From an uncultured Bacteriovoracaceae bacterium (GTDB lineage: Bacteria > Bdellovibrionota > Bacteriovoracia > Bacteriovoracales > Bacteriovoracaceae), in assembly GCA_964012805.1 (NCBI GenBank), contig CAXGUD010000001.1:822-32821 (forward strand): a stretch of 32,000 nucleotides of DNA. The letters are read 5' to 3'. Each line of letters begins with the position of its first letter. Positions within the stretch are counted from its first letter, which is position 1. Below the pieces are notes generated by a model. That model did not search any database. It saw nothing but the letters and a program-made list of their open reading frames with translations, and was not told the DNA's origin. Made by a program: the position numbers and the translations under genes. Positions 9,632-17,872 of the stretch are shown piece after piece.

Positions 9632-10714
9632 TTAAGAAACACCACAAGGTGATTTTAGTAGTGGCCCTCCTAATTCAAAAACATAGGTCTCGCCCCAATT
9701 AGGCTTTAAATAATACACTTCACCTGGGATAAGATTTTCTATACCTCGTTTTTGTACCTGTAATTCAAGGCCATCCTCTTGCTTAAAGAAAGAAAAAGTT
9801 TCCAAACCATCAAATTCCTGATCTACCAACAGTGCCTCTAAGCAATGGTCGTCCTTTTTATTTACTATTTCTATATTTCCAGGCCTTATGCCTAAAAAGT
9901 ATTCGCCTAAGCCTACCCCTTTCAAATGAGTGGGAACAGGAAACGAAGACGCTTGCCCTAAAACAAGCTGAGACTCTTGTACACGACCTCTTAAAAGATT
10001 CATGGGAGGCTCACTCATCATCTGAGCGGTCTTAATATTGAGCGGCTTTTCAAATACATTCCGGGCCTTATCGTGCTGAAGAATCTGACCATCTTGTAAA
10101 ACAATCGTATCGCCACCCAGACTTAGGGCCTCCCTTGGATCAGCAGTTGCGTAGACAACCGTTGAAGAGCCTTTCTTCAAAATATCCTTTAATTCTTCAC
10201 GGAGTTGCTCCCTCAACTTGTAATCGAGGTTGACAAGAGGATCGTCCAAAAGAAGGAGGTCTGCATCCTTCGCCAGGGCCCTGGCAAAAGCACACCTCTG
10301 CTGCTGTCCACCTGATAACTCCGTCGGTAGACGCTTTAAAAAGTCATGTAGCCCAAATAGCTTGGCCAGCTCTTCAACTTTTTGATTGATTACGCCCTTA
10401 GCGCAACCCCTTCTTCTAAGGGGCGATGCAATATTTTCAAAAACTGTTAAGTTTGGGTAGTTAATAAACTCTTGGTATACAACAGCTATATTTCTTTTCC
10501 TTGGACTCAACCCTGATATATTCACTCCTTTTTGAAGAAGTCTTCCACCACACGGCTTCACAAGACCTGCCAAAACACGAAGTAACGTCGTTCTTTCTCG
10601 GCTTGCAGTCGAAAGAAGACCATGAAGAGTTCCCTCTTCAATTCTGAGGTTTATTCCTGCCAGGATATCTTTTCCTTCATCACGTACAGCAATATTTTCC
10701 ATCACCAAGGCCAT
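9632..10714 (-). CDS. glpS: ABC transporter ATPase (GlpS-like), degenerate Walker A, intact LSGGQ
   Basis: LSGGQQQRCAFARAL signature; P-loop position reads STASRERTTLL; Walker B LLLLDDPL; H-loop position YATADP. Confidence 0.83.
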   Translation of the reverse strand: MALVMENIAVRDEGKDILAGINLRIEEGTLHGLLSTASRERTTLLRVLAGLVKPCGGRLLQKGVNISGLSPRKRNIAVVYQEFINYPNLTVFENIASPLRRRGCAKGVINQKVEELAKLFGLHDFLKRLPTELSGGQQQRCAFARALAKDADLLLLDDPLVNLDYKLREQLREELKDILKKGSSTVVYATADPREALSLGGDTIVLQDGQILQHDKARNVFEKPLNIKTAQMMSEPPMNLLRGRVQESQLVLGQASSFPVPTHLKGVGLGEYFLGIRPGNIEIVNKKDDHCLEALLVDQEFDGLETFSFFKQEDGLELQVQKRGIENLIPGEVYYLKPNWGETYVFELGGPLLKSPCGVS

Positions 10715-10897
10715 GATTGGAATTTCCTTTACTAGAATTAAGGACCTTTAGTCCCTAAAACAATTTCATTAACTTGAGTTAAATTGAGTAAGGGCGAGTT
10801 TAGAACAAGAGTCTTATCATTTCAAGAAATCCTATCAGGAATAATAAATCCTTGATCAAGAAAAGTTAAACGCGCTGTCTCCTAAGCAGTGGGGACC

Positions 10898-11263
10898 TCA
10901 GAGAGAGTCCAAAAGCTCATAGAGTTCTTCGAGAATTAAAGGCTTTTGAAGAAAGAAACTTAAAGACAAAGAAGATGCCAAAGCTTTTACTTCTTTAATA
11001 TTTCCTGAGATAAAGACAATGATAGTATTTTGATTCGGCCCATCAGAGTTCCTGATATCCACGGCCAAATTTGCACCTTTAATCACAGGCATCCTGTGGT
11101 CTAAAAAAATAACATCAAAAGCTTCATTATCAAGAAGATCTTTATATTGGTCTTTTTCACTAGCGATAGAAACTTCATATGAAGATCTGAGTTCAAGACC
11201 TTGCTTAAGCATTTCAAGAATTTCTTCTTCGTCGTCAATAATAAGTATCTTTTTTTTGCCCAT
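10898..11263 (-). CDS. stand-alone response-regulator receiver domain protein
   Basis: ILIIDDEEE, VIFLDHRMP phospho-acceptor Asp, FISG, LQKP Lys. No output domain. The supplied ORF starts at 11272 (GTG); the ATG at 11263 has an AGGTGG site at good spacing. Confidence 0.88.
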   Translation of the reverse strand: MGKKKILIIDDEEEILEMLKQGLELRSSYEVSIASEKDQYKDLLDNEAFDVIFLDHRMPVIKGANLAVDIRNSDGPNQNTIIVFISGNIKEVKALASSLSLSFFLQKPLILEELYELLDSL

Positions 11264-11491
11264 AAAACCCACCTGGCTTACCTGACTACACCGTTTAAGT
11301 AATAAACCGATTTCTTTTTCAATTTTACCTGAAATCCAAAAAGATTGAAGGCGTTATCTTTCCATTGTGATAGAAAAGATCACAGAACTCATTTAGAAAA
11401 CTGTTTTAGTCTCTTTCTTTCTATGGCCACCAAATAAAAACCTTTAATAATTTTATTTAAAGTCGACAAGAACTAACAATAAGGAATTGTT

Positions 11492-11515
11492 TTTTAGAAG
11501 TTTTAATTTCTAAAA
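11492..11515. repeat. perfect 8-bp inverted repeat TTTTAGAA-N8-TTCTAAAA in the 5' region of the motor-like cluster
   Basis: Direct read of sequence; lies just upstream of the first gene's probable ATG (11544). Confidence 0.6.
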
Positions 11516-11543
11516 CCGGAGTTTGAAGGAAAATAAAAAAAAA

Positions 11544-12587
11544 ATGCATAGAACAATTAAATCATTCACCCTTATTGTATTTCTTATCCTGATCATACTA
11601 CAAGACAGATCAAAAGCCGCATCTGAGAAGACCGCTTCCCCCGTTTATAATACTTTTGAATACTTGCTAGGAGAATTCAAAGCAGATATTGATGGTCTTG
11701 CAAAAAAAGTTAGTAATTCGATCCTTCTTAAAGTTTCAGTTGAAGGAGATATAGATAAAACCTTTAATAGGCATGTTAGGCGGTCTTTAGAGTCTTTTCG
11801 CATTAAAGGAAAAAAGTTTCGCTTCCGCCAATGTAAGGCCTGTACTTCTTTAAGGGCCGAAACGATAGGCAATCAAATATACCTTAAAAAGGGAATTACA
11901 GAATTTAAGGATATTCAGGAAATCACTCAAAAACTTGGAACAATGTCTTACGCGGAAGCAAGTGTCGAGGATACCGGAACAAGGCTCATTTTTAAGGTTT
12001 CTTTTTTTAGCTCGCTCAATGCAGAACTTCTTTGGAGTAAAACCTATCAAATGAGGCTCGTCAGCTTTGGTGACCTCAGTTTTACAGCAGCGCTTGAAGT
12101 TAAACAGGCCTTTGGAAGAAATAGCCCTCTTCTTTTTAATGCCTCTTTTGGTGAAAAAATCTATGGTATAGGCCTTATTGACCTCAATGTCACACTAGGC
12201 TTAGCATCAGGGAAAGATAACCCCGAGCAAAAAAAAGGTAGTAGTATCGTCCTTAACCCCAATGAAGATTATGTGAACAGTTACTTTGCTATAGGGCCAA
12301 GGTTAACAGTTAACATTAACGAATTTTTTCAAATGTATTCAAACTGGGGAAGTCAGTTTATCTATGCAGGAACCGGTTTTTGCCAATACACTCGATTGAA
12401 AACAAGCAACGATACAGAAGCACCTACTGGAAAATGGGGCCTTCATATTGAAGCGGGGTATGGAGTTCATCTGGGTAGAACTTTTCTCATCACAGCAGGT
12501 TTAAACAAAGGTCTTTTTCTCAGTTCAGATGACAAAGATCAGGATTATCCTCTTCTCTTTAATATAGGATTTGGATTTAGGTTTTAA
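11544..12587 (+). CDS. signal-peptide protein with N-terminal periplasmic domain and probable C-terminal outer-membrane beta-barrel
   Basis: Supplied ORF begins at 11523 (TTG); ATG at 11544 starts MHRTIKSFTLIVFLILIILQDRSKAA. C-terminal half has repeated amphipathic strand-like segments and ends GFGFRF. Confidence 0.7.
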   Translation: MHRTIKSFTLIVFLILIILQDRSKAASEKTASPVYNTFEYLLGEFKADIDGLAKKVSNSILLKVSVEGDIDKTFNRHVRRSLESFRIKGKKFRFRQCKACTSLRAETIGNQIYLKKGITEFKDIQEITQKLGTMSYAEASVEDTGTRLIFKVSFFSSLNAELLWSKTYQMRLVSFGDLSFTAALEVKQAFGRNSPLLFNASFGEKIYGIGLIDLNVTLGLASGKDNPEQKKGSSIVLNPNEDYVNSYFAIGPRLTVNINEFFQMYSNWGSQFIYAGTGFCQYTRLKTSNDTEAPTGKWGLHIEAGYGVHLGRTFLITAGLNKGLFLSSDDKDQDYPLLFNIGFGFRF

Positions 12588-12636
12588 TTTAAGCAAGCAT
12601 TTTTGAATGAGTGTTATCCCCAAAAAGAGAAAAACC

Positions 12637-13302
12637 ATGATGAAAAAATTATTAATTTCTTTTTTTATCCTTGGACCGTTAACTCAATTGAGTTTCTCTC
12701 AAACATCAATCAAAGAAAAAGACGGCTATATCATCATAAAAGAAGGAAAAAGCCGGGTTCAACTCAACCTTCCGGAAGAAATGAAAGGAGCTGATTCCTA
12801 CATTATAAAGGTGAACAAACTTACAGACTCCAAATCTATTAACGCCGACATTTTAAACCGATCGAAAAACCTAGGTCTTTTTAAAAAAACAAAGGATGAT
12901 CTTAAAAAAGGAGCCGTTAACGAAGCCCTTAAAATTGAATTAATCAAAAAAAGCAATGAAGGAACTTTGAGTAAAAAAGAATTAAAGCTTCTCAATGACT
13001 TAAAGGATCAAGAAAAAGATATTAACAAGAAAAAGAATTTAGATGTTATCACAAACCTTGCCATTGAGAGTTATCTTAAAAAGGCTAATGACGCCTACAA
13101 TGCGAAAAATTATAAAAAGGCCCTTCATTACTCGGAAATGGCCGATCAATTAGACTCTAAAAATTATCGAATCAAGGCCATGATAGGTTCACTTCACTAC
13201 CGATTAGGAAATGACCAACTCGCCAAAAAGTATTGGACGGATTCGCTAAAGTTCAACCCCAACCAACCGAATATTAAGCTGTACATGAGAAAAATAAGGT
13301 AA
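12637..13302 (+). CDS. secreted or lipid-independent periplasmic TPR-containing protein
   Basis: ATG at 12637 gives signal peptide MMKKLLISFFILGPLTQLSFSQ; TPR-like repeats YLKKANDAYNAKNYKKALHYSEMADQLDSKNYRIKAMIGSLHYRLGNDQLAKKYW. Confidence 0.75.
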   Translation: MMKKLLISFFILGPLTQLSFSQTSIKEKDGYIIIKEGKSRVQLNLPEEMKGADSYIIKVNKLTDSKSINADILNRSKNLGLFKKTKDDLKKGAVNEALKIELIKKSNEGTLSKKELKLLNDLKDQEKDINKKKNLDVITNLAIESYLKKANDAYNAKNYKKALHYSEMADQLDSKNYRIKAMIGSLHYRLGNDQLAKKYWTDSLKFNPNQPNIKLYMRKIR

Positions 13303-13377
13303 TTTTTTTAAAAGTGACAAACGTTTCAATCTTAAATGACTTACCTTTTAAGACTGTTCGTTTATGAAGAGATGTAA

Positions 13378-15186
13378 ATGAGGCTTAATTTAAAATTAAA
13401 ATATTTATGGATCTTCTTAATTTTTCTTCTCTTCAGCGGGCCTAAAGGTGCTTTTACACAAGAAGCATCTCTTATGAGGAACCAACTTCAGCTCGAAAGT
13501 GAACTTAATTCACAAGTAAGAAAAGAGCTCCTCCAAGTTTTCAAAAAAGAGGAATTTATTATCTCTTCCTCTATAAAATTAAAAAGTTACAGAGTTACAA
13601 AAGTTCTGGAACAAGAAAGCCAAATAAACAAACAACCTAAAAAAAAGGGAAGTGAGCAAGAAATACTGCCAGGTTTTTACGATTCTGCCCCCTCAATAAC
13701 AAACGAAATGGCCAATGAACAAGTAAGAAAAGTATATGGCCACGAAACAAAAACTGAATTAGAAAAGGCCCAATTGAAGATTTTAGTCGATGAAAGCGTA
13801 ACAGATACCAGGCTTGACGCAGCAAAAAAATTACTCACTCAAAGGTTAACAAATAGCTTTGGAGGAAAAATTGACATCCAATTCCTCCCAGCTGTCCTCA
13901 AATCAAAATTAGCACCAGTTCCTTTTTACCAAGAGTTTACTGGATACCTAAAGGATAATATGGGACTGCTTCTCCTGTTTTTTTGTTCACTTATCTTTCT
14001 TTTTGTCCTTGCTTCTTTAATCAACCGTATAAGGCCAAAAGATCAAATGCCTCCGGTTTGGTCATATAACCCACCTATGACACCCCCAATAGATTCAATG
14101 GGAGGCTTTGGTGGCCCCCCTCCTCTTCCTGGAGGAGGTCAAAGACCTCATATAGAATTAGGCCCCAACACTCTTCCCCTACCAGGAAGTCATGAAAAAG
14201 AACTTGATGAATTAGAAATAGACAAAAAAATAAACAAATTTGTTAGCGTTATATGCAAAGAACCTTTTGTCACAAGAAAGTTTTTTCAGACCCTTGATAG
14301 AGATAATCAAAAAAGCTTTATGGCGCTTTTTACAAGTAAGAGTTCAAAAGTGGCGCTTGGAGAATTTTTTGGAGAAACACTTTTAGGACCAGAAGCAGGC
14401 GATATTGCCAGTCTGGACAATGAGATGGACCTTGAGGAAAAAGCCGAATTTTTAGAGTTTATCTCTCTAGAACATGATAGATTTAAAAACCTTATGGCCA
14501 TCAAAAATGGCCAGCGTTTTTCTATTTTATCTCTTATGAATGATAAGGAACTTCAATACGTCTTTTCGAATGAGTCCCCCAGAGATATTGCTTTTCTCCT
14601 TCACTTTCTTCCAAGAGACTCCATTTCTGGTGTTTTAAGCAGGATGGATAGCGAACAGAAAACTGAAATTATTTTAAACTTGAAAAAGTCCTCTCAATTA
14701 TCAGGAGAAGATGAAAGAGAAATTGAAGAAAGGCTTAATAAAAAAATTAATACTTTTGCCTCAAGCGCTTTTTCAACTTTCATGAGTGAAGACTCCTTAG
14801 TTGGAAGTATCTTAGATGAGTCCGATAATGCCCAAGAAATTTTAGATAGAATATCAAGTAAAGATAAAAACCTTGCTAAAAGCTTCAAATCCCACTCATT
14901 AAACTTTGATTATTTTATAGAAAATGAATTGGACTCTCTTGCAAGAATTTTTGAAACAATACCAAATGAAATGTTGGCCTTAAGCCTTATCGAATATGGT
15001 AAAGATGAAAGATCAACAATTTTAGAAGCACTTTCCCCCACAAGGAGAAAAGTCATCGCTTCTTCAATGCTCATGAACTCAAAAGCATCACACGAAGAAA
15101 TAAGAAAAGCCAAATTAGAGTCATCTAAGATTGCTCGGAAAACCTATCAATTATTACAAAGAAATAAAATGGGTAAGGCATCATGA
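13378..15186 (+). CDS. membrane-anchored FliG-like protein: signal/periplasmic region, TM helix, Pro/Gly-rich linker, FliG-like cytoplasmic domains
   Basis: N-terminal hydrophobic segment, TM MGLLLLFFCSLIFLFVLASLI, linker with GGFGGPPPLPGGG; NESPRDIAFLLHFLPRDSISGVLSRMDSEQKTEIILNL resembles FliG middle domain; SILDESDNAQEILDRISSKDKNLAKSF...LALSLIEYGKDERSTILEALSPTRRKVIAS...IARKTYQLLQ resembles FliG C-terminal domain. Confidence 0.72.
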   Translation: MRLNLKLKYLWIFLIFLLFSGPKGAFTQEASLMRNQLQLESELNSQVRKELLQVFKKEEFIISSSIKLKSYRVTKVLEQESQINKQPKKKGSEQEILPGFYDSAPSITNEMANEQVRKVYGHETKTELEKAQLKILVDESVTDTRLDAAKKLLTQRLTNSFGGKIDIQFLPAVLKSKLAPVPFYQEFTGYLKDNMGLLLLFFCSLIFLFVLASLINRIRPKDQMPPVWSYNPPMTPPIDSMGGFGGPPPLPGGGQRPHIELGPNTLPLPGSHEKELDELEIDKKINKFVSVICKEPFVTRKFFQTLDRDNQKSFMALFTSKSSKVALGEFFGETLLGPEAGDIASLDNEMDLEEKAEFLEFISLEHDRFKNLMAIKNGQRFSILSLMNDKELQYVFSNESPRDIAFLLHFLPRDSISGVLSRMDSEQKTEIILNLKKSSQLSGEDEREIEERLNKKINTFASSAFSTFMSEDSLVGSILDESDNAQEILDRISSKDKNLAKSFKSHSLNFDYFIENELDSLARIFETIPNEMLALSLIEYGKDERSTILEALSPTRRKVIASSMLMNSKASHEEIRKAKLESSKIARKTYQLLQRNKMGKAS

Positions 15187-15240
15187 ATGAAGATAAGGAA
15201 AAAAATAGTTTTATAAAACCAAACAAAATAAAGGTCTAAA

Positions 15241-15990
15241 ATGCTAGCGAGATTACTACAACTCCCCTTCAGAATTTTGGGAATAGCCTTGATTTTGGCC
15301 GGGACCTATATTTGTGTTAAGTATGATGTGAAGCCTTCTTATTACGGTATTTACCATCCACCATCTCTTGCCCTTGTTGGTTTAGTTTTGGCCGGTGTGG
15401 CGATGTTCAGCTATAAAATTCAAACACTCTTTAGTATTTTCTTAGGTTGCTTAGGTGAATCACCCAGTTCATGCCGCTCCTATTTTCAAATCATGGAAAA
15501 AAAACTACCGGAACTTATTGACGTTTACTTTAGTGAAGGGCCCTCGGCACTAACCTCTCGCCTCCCTAACGGGTCAGAAAAAGAGCTTTGGCTTCAGGTC
15601 TTTACTAAGTTAGAAGCACAAATTTCACCAAGTGATTTGATTCAGGTTATGAATAAATATGCTTCTGACTATAAATCAAGAATCAATAGAGAAGTTTTAG
15701 TCGCCGGAACGGTAGGAAGTTTGGCCCCAACAATAGGTGTTTTAGGTACAGTTTTGGGCCTTATAAAACTTTTAGGGAACCTTCAGGACTTTTCAAGCTT
15801 GGGTTCTAATATGGCCTTGGCACTGATAACAACTCTTTATGGAATTGTTTTCAATGCGCTTCTCATAACTCCCGTTGTAGGTCGGTTAGAGGAATATAGG
15901 ACCTTTAGGCTTCAAATTTTTAGACAGATAATTTATTGGCTTGAATGCCTGGAACAAAAAAGAGCAGGCAGTGTTATAGAGCATAAATAG
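15241..15990 (+). CDS. MotA-like stator protein
   Basis: IYHPPSLALVGLVLAG, then GTVGSLAPTIGVLGTVLGLIKLLGNLQDFSSLGSNMALALITTLYGIVFNALLITPVVGRLEE, matching the conserved MotA TM3-TM4 pattern. Confidence 0.88.
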   Translation: MLARLLQLPFRILGIALILAGTYICVKYDVKPSYYGIYHPPSLALVGLVLAGVAMFSYKIQTLFSIFLGCLGESPSSCRSYFQIMEKKLPELIDVYFSEGPSALTSRLPNGSEKELWLQVFTKLEAQISPSDLIQVMNKYASDYKSRINREVLVAGTVGSLAPTIGVLGTVLGLIKLLGNLQDFSSLGSNMALALITTLYGIVFNALLITPVVGRLEEYRTFRLQIFRQIIYWLECLEQKRAGSVIEHK

Positions 15991-16020
15991 TCTATAAAAA
16001 ATAAGGAGTCACAACTCCAG

Positions 16021-16713
16021 ATGACCAAAAAACGTCATAAGGAAAAAGCTTCCTCTTTCGATGATGACCAAGAAAGCGGAGCTGAGAGCATTTCTAAATC
16101 TAGCTGGGCCGCATCCTATGGTGATGTTGTTAGTGTTCTTTTGTGTTTTTTTATCATCCTTTCAACAACAAGTAATATGAATTCAAAAAATGTTGAAAAA
16201 ATGAAAGAGGCCATGAGTGATGAAACACCTCAAGGTAAAAAGAAAAAGCTCAAATCAAAAGACGTCATGAAAAAACTCAAAGAGATAATTAAAATAAAAA
16301 ATCTTCAGAAGGATATCACTCTTGTAGAGGAACTTGACGGAACAAAGCTCATTATTAATGATCGTCTTCTTTTTTCTTCAGGAGGCGCAAAAATCATGCC
16401 TGAAAACATCGGAGAAATAAGAGAAATTATAAGAAGCTTTATCGACCTACCACCTCACTACCGGTTTAAAGTCGAAGGCCATACAGATGATGTTCCCATC
16501 AAAAGTAGAAAATTTCCTACAAATTGGCACCTCTCAGTTTCAAGGGCCCTTTCTCTTTTACAAGTTTTTCTTCAAGAAGGTATTTATGAAAAAAGACTAA
16601 GCTTCCATGGCTTTGCTTCATTCCAACCTCTTGCAAAAACTGAGGGGCTTCAGGGTGAAGACCTTAGAAAGGCCAGAAAAAAGAACAGAAGAGTTGTCAT
16701 TAAGGTTTACTGA
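16021..16713 (+). CDS. MotB-like stator protein with OmpA-like peptidoglycan-binding domain
   Basis: WAASYGDVVSVLLCFFIILST (plug/TM with ion-binding Asp35, codon 16123-16125) and RFKVEGHTDDVPIKSRKFPTNWHLSVSRALSLLQVFL. Confidence 0.9.
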   Translation: MTKKRHKEKASSFDDDQESGAESISKSSWAASYGDVVSVLLCFFIILSTTSNMNSKNVEKMKEAMSDETPQGKKKKLKSKDVMKKLKEIIKIKNLQKDITLVEELDGTKLIINDRLLFSSGGAKIMPENIGEIREIIRSFIDLPPHYRFKVEGHTDDVPIKSRKFPTNWHLSVSRALSLLQVFLQEGIYEKRLSFHGFASFQPLAKTEGLQGEDLRKARKKNRRVVIKVY

Positions 16714-16766
16714 CTCAACAATCATCCATTAAAATAACTTATCAACAAAGAAGATGAATTTATTTT

Positions 16767-17855
16767 ATGAAAAAGAAACACCCATTTTTTTTGGGACTTT
16801 GTATTAAGGTCCTTCTTTTTACCATAATTTCTCCTTTCGGGGAAGCTGCAACGAACTTTTTTAAAATCACAAACATTAATTCAGGGGGTGATCCACTTGT
16901 TAACGCTGCACTTTTGGAATTTGAATCCAATGTCAATCAAAATCTTCCTTCAATAGAAAGTACTGACCTGACAACAGATACAGTCAACTCCAATATCATC
17001 TCTAATAAGGGACTTGGAGTTGACTATACAAACTCCATGAAACGTTTTTTGGTAGGCTGGTCTCAAAGTGCTTCAGTTAATGTCGGAAGCAGTGAAAATA
17101 TCCTAAGTGGGGCCAAAACCGTAAAAGGTTTTGGAATGGCAACCCAATTTAACTTAGGGTTTAACCTTCAACCTTTAAAGAAACGTAAATTGATCAACCT
17201 ACCTTCATTTTGGGGTCTCGACCTTAATAACTCAAAAATTTTTATGGGCCTAATGACCGGACGAACAAGCCAAAAAGTAAGTGGTTATACACTCGGCTTC
17301 GAAATTTTTACCGCCAACCTCCGTATTATGACGAAGCTCAAAAAAGCTGAAGACTTCAAAAGCTACTTTTTTAAGTGGGGTGGTATTGACTTAAGCACAG
17401 GGCTCGAAACTAATAAAACAGCCCTCTCAGTCAGTGTGCCAAGAAATGAGTCAATTACGGCTTCCAATTCATACAAAACAACTTTTGACGGCATAGTTGG
17501 CTTTAAGGTCGATTCCTCAAGTTTTAGTATTCCTCTTGAAGTCTCAGCCAGTGCAACCTTCTTTTCTTTTATCGATTTGTTTTGGGGCCTTGGTACTGAT
17601 TTAAACTTTGGGTATGGAAGGGGCTCGAGTTTTTCAGACTCTAATGTCTTGATCTTTGATAACTTAAATAACCAAGTTGGAACTGCTGACGCCGAGTTCA
17701 ATGTAGGCTCAACAGGGTCCCCCTCAATCTTGAATGCTCGGTGGTTTGCTGGGACCCAAGTTAACCTATGGAAAATGAAAGTTTCACTTCAAGCACAACA
17801 TTCTATGATCCACGGGATTTGGGGCTTTGGAGGTAATTTTAACTTCATTTTTTAA
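16767..17855 (+). CDS. probable outer-membrane beta-barrel protein
   Basis: Signal peptide, Gly/aromatic alternating strands, C-terminus GGNFNFIF ending in Phe. Confidence 0.65.
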   Translation: MKKKHPFFLGLCIKVLLFTIISPFGEAATNFFKITNINSGGDPLVNAALLEFESNVNQNLPSIESTDLTTDTVNSNIISNKGLGVDYTNSMKRFLVGWSQSASVNVGSSENILSGAKTVKGFGMATQFNLGFNLQPLKKRKLINLPSFWGLDLNNSKIFMGLMTGRTSQKVSGYTLGFEIFTANLRIMTKLKKAEDFKSYFFKWGGIDLSTGLETNKTALSVSVPRNESITASNSYKTTFDGIVGFKVDSSSFSIPLEVSASATFFSFIDLFWGLGTDLNFGYGRGSSFSDSNVLIFDNLNNQVGTADAEFNVGSTGSPSILNARWFAGTQVNLWKMKVSLQAQHSMIHGIWGFGGNFNFIF

Positions 17856-17872
17856 GTATTCGGATTCTTTCT

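Noticed and set aside
11523-11543. TTG start of the supplied ORF at 11523
   Set aside because: Adds MKENKKK before a proper ATG and signal peptide at 11544 and has no RBS at suitable spacing; ATG at 11544 preferred.
12603-12794. ORF 12603-12794 (+), 63 aa
   Set aside because: Out-of-frame overlap of the TPR protein's signal peptide region; no RBS or conserved features.
14307-15113. Minus-strand ORFs inside the FliG-like gene (14307-14504, 14694-14888, 14910-15113)
   Set aside because: Antisense ORFs within a clearly coding frame; low-complexity shadows with no recognisable motifs.
16021-16713. Interpreting the MotAB-like pair as Zorya defence ZorAB
   Set aside because: No ZorC/ZorD/ZorE-like helicase or nuclease genes nearby, and the MotA-like protein lacks a long cytoplasmic tail; the neighbours are envelope proteins and a FliG-like protein.
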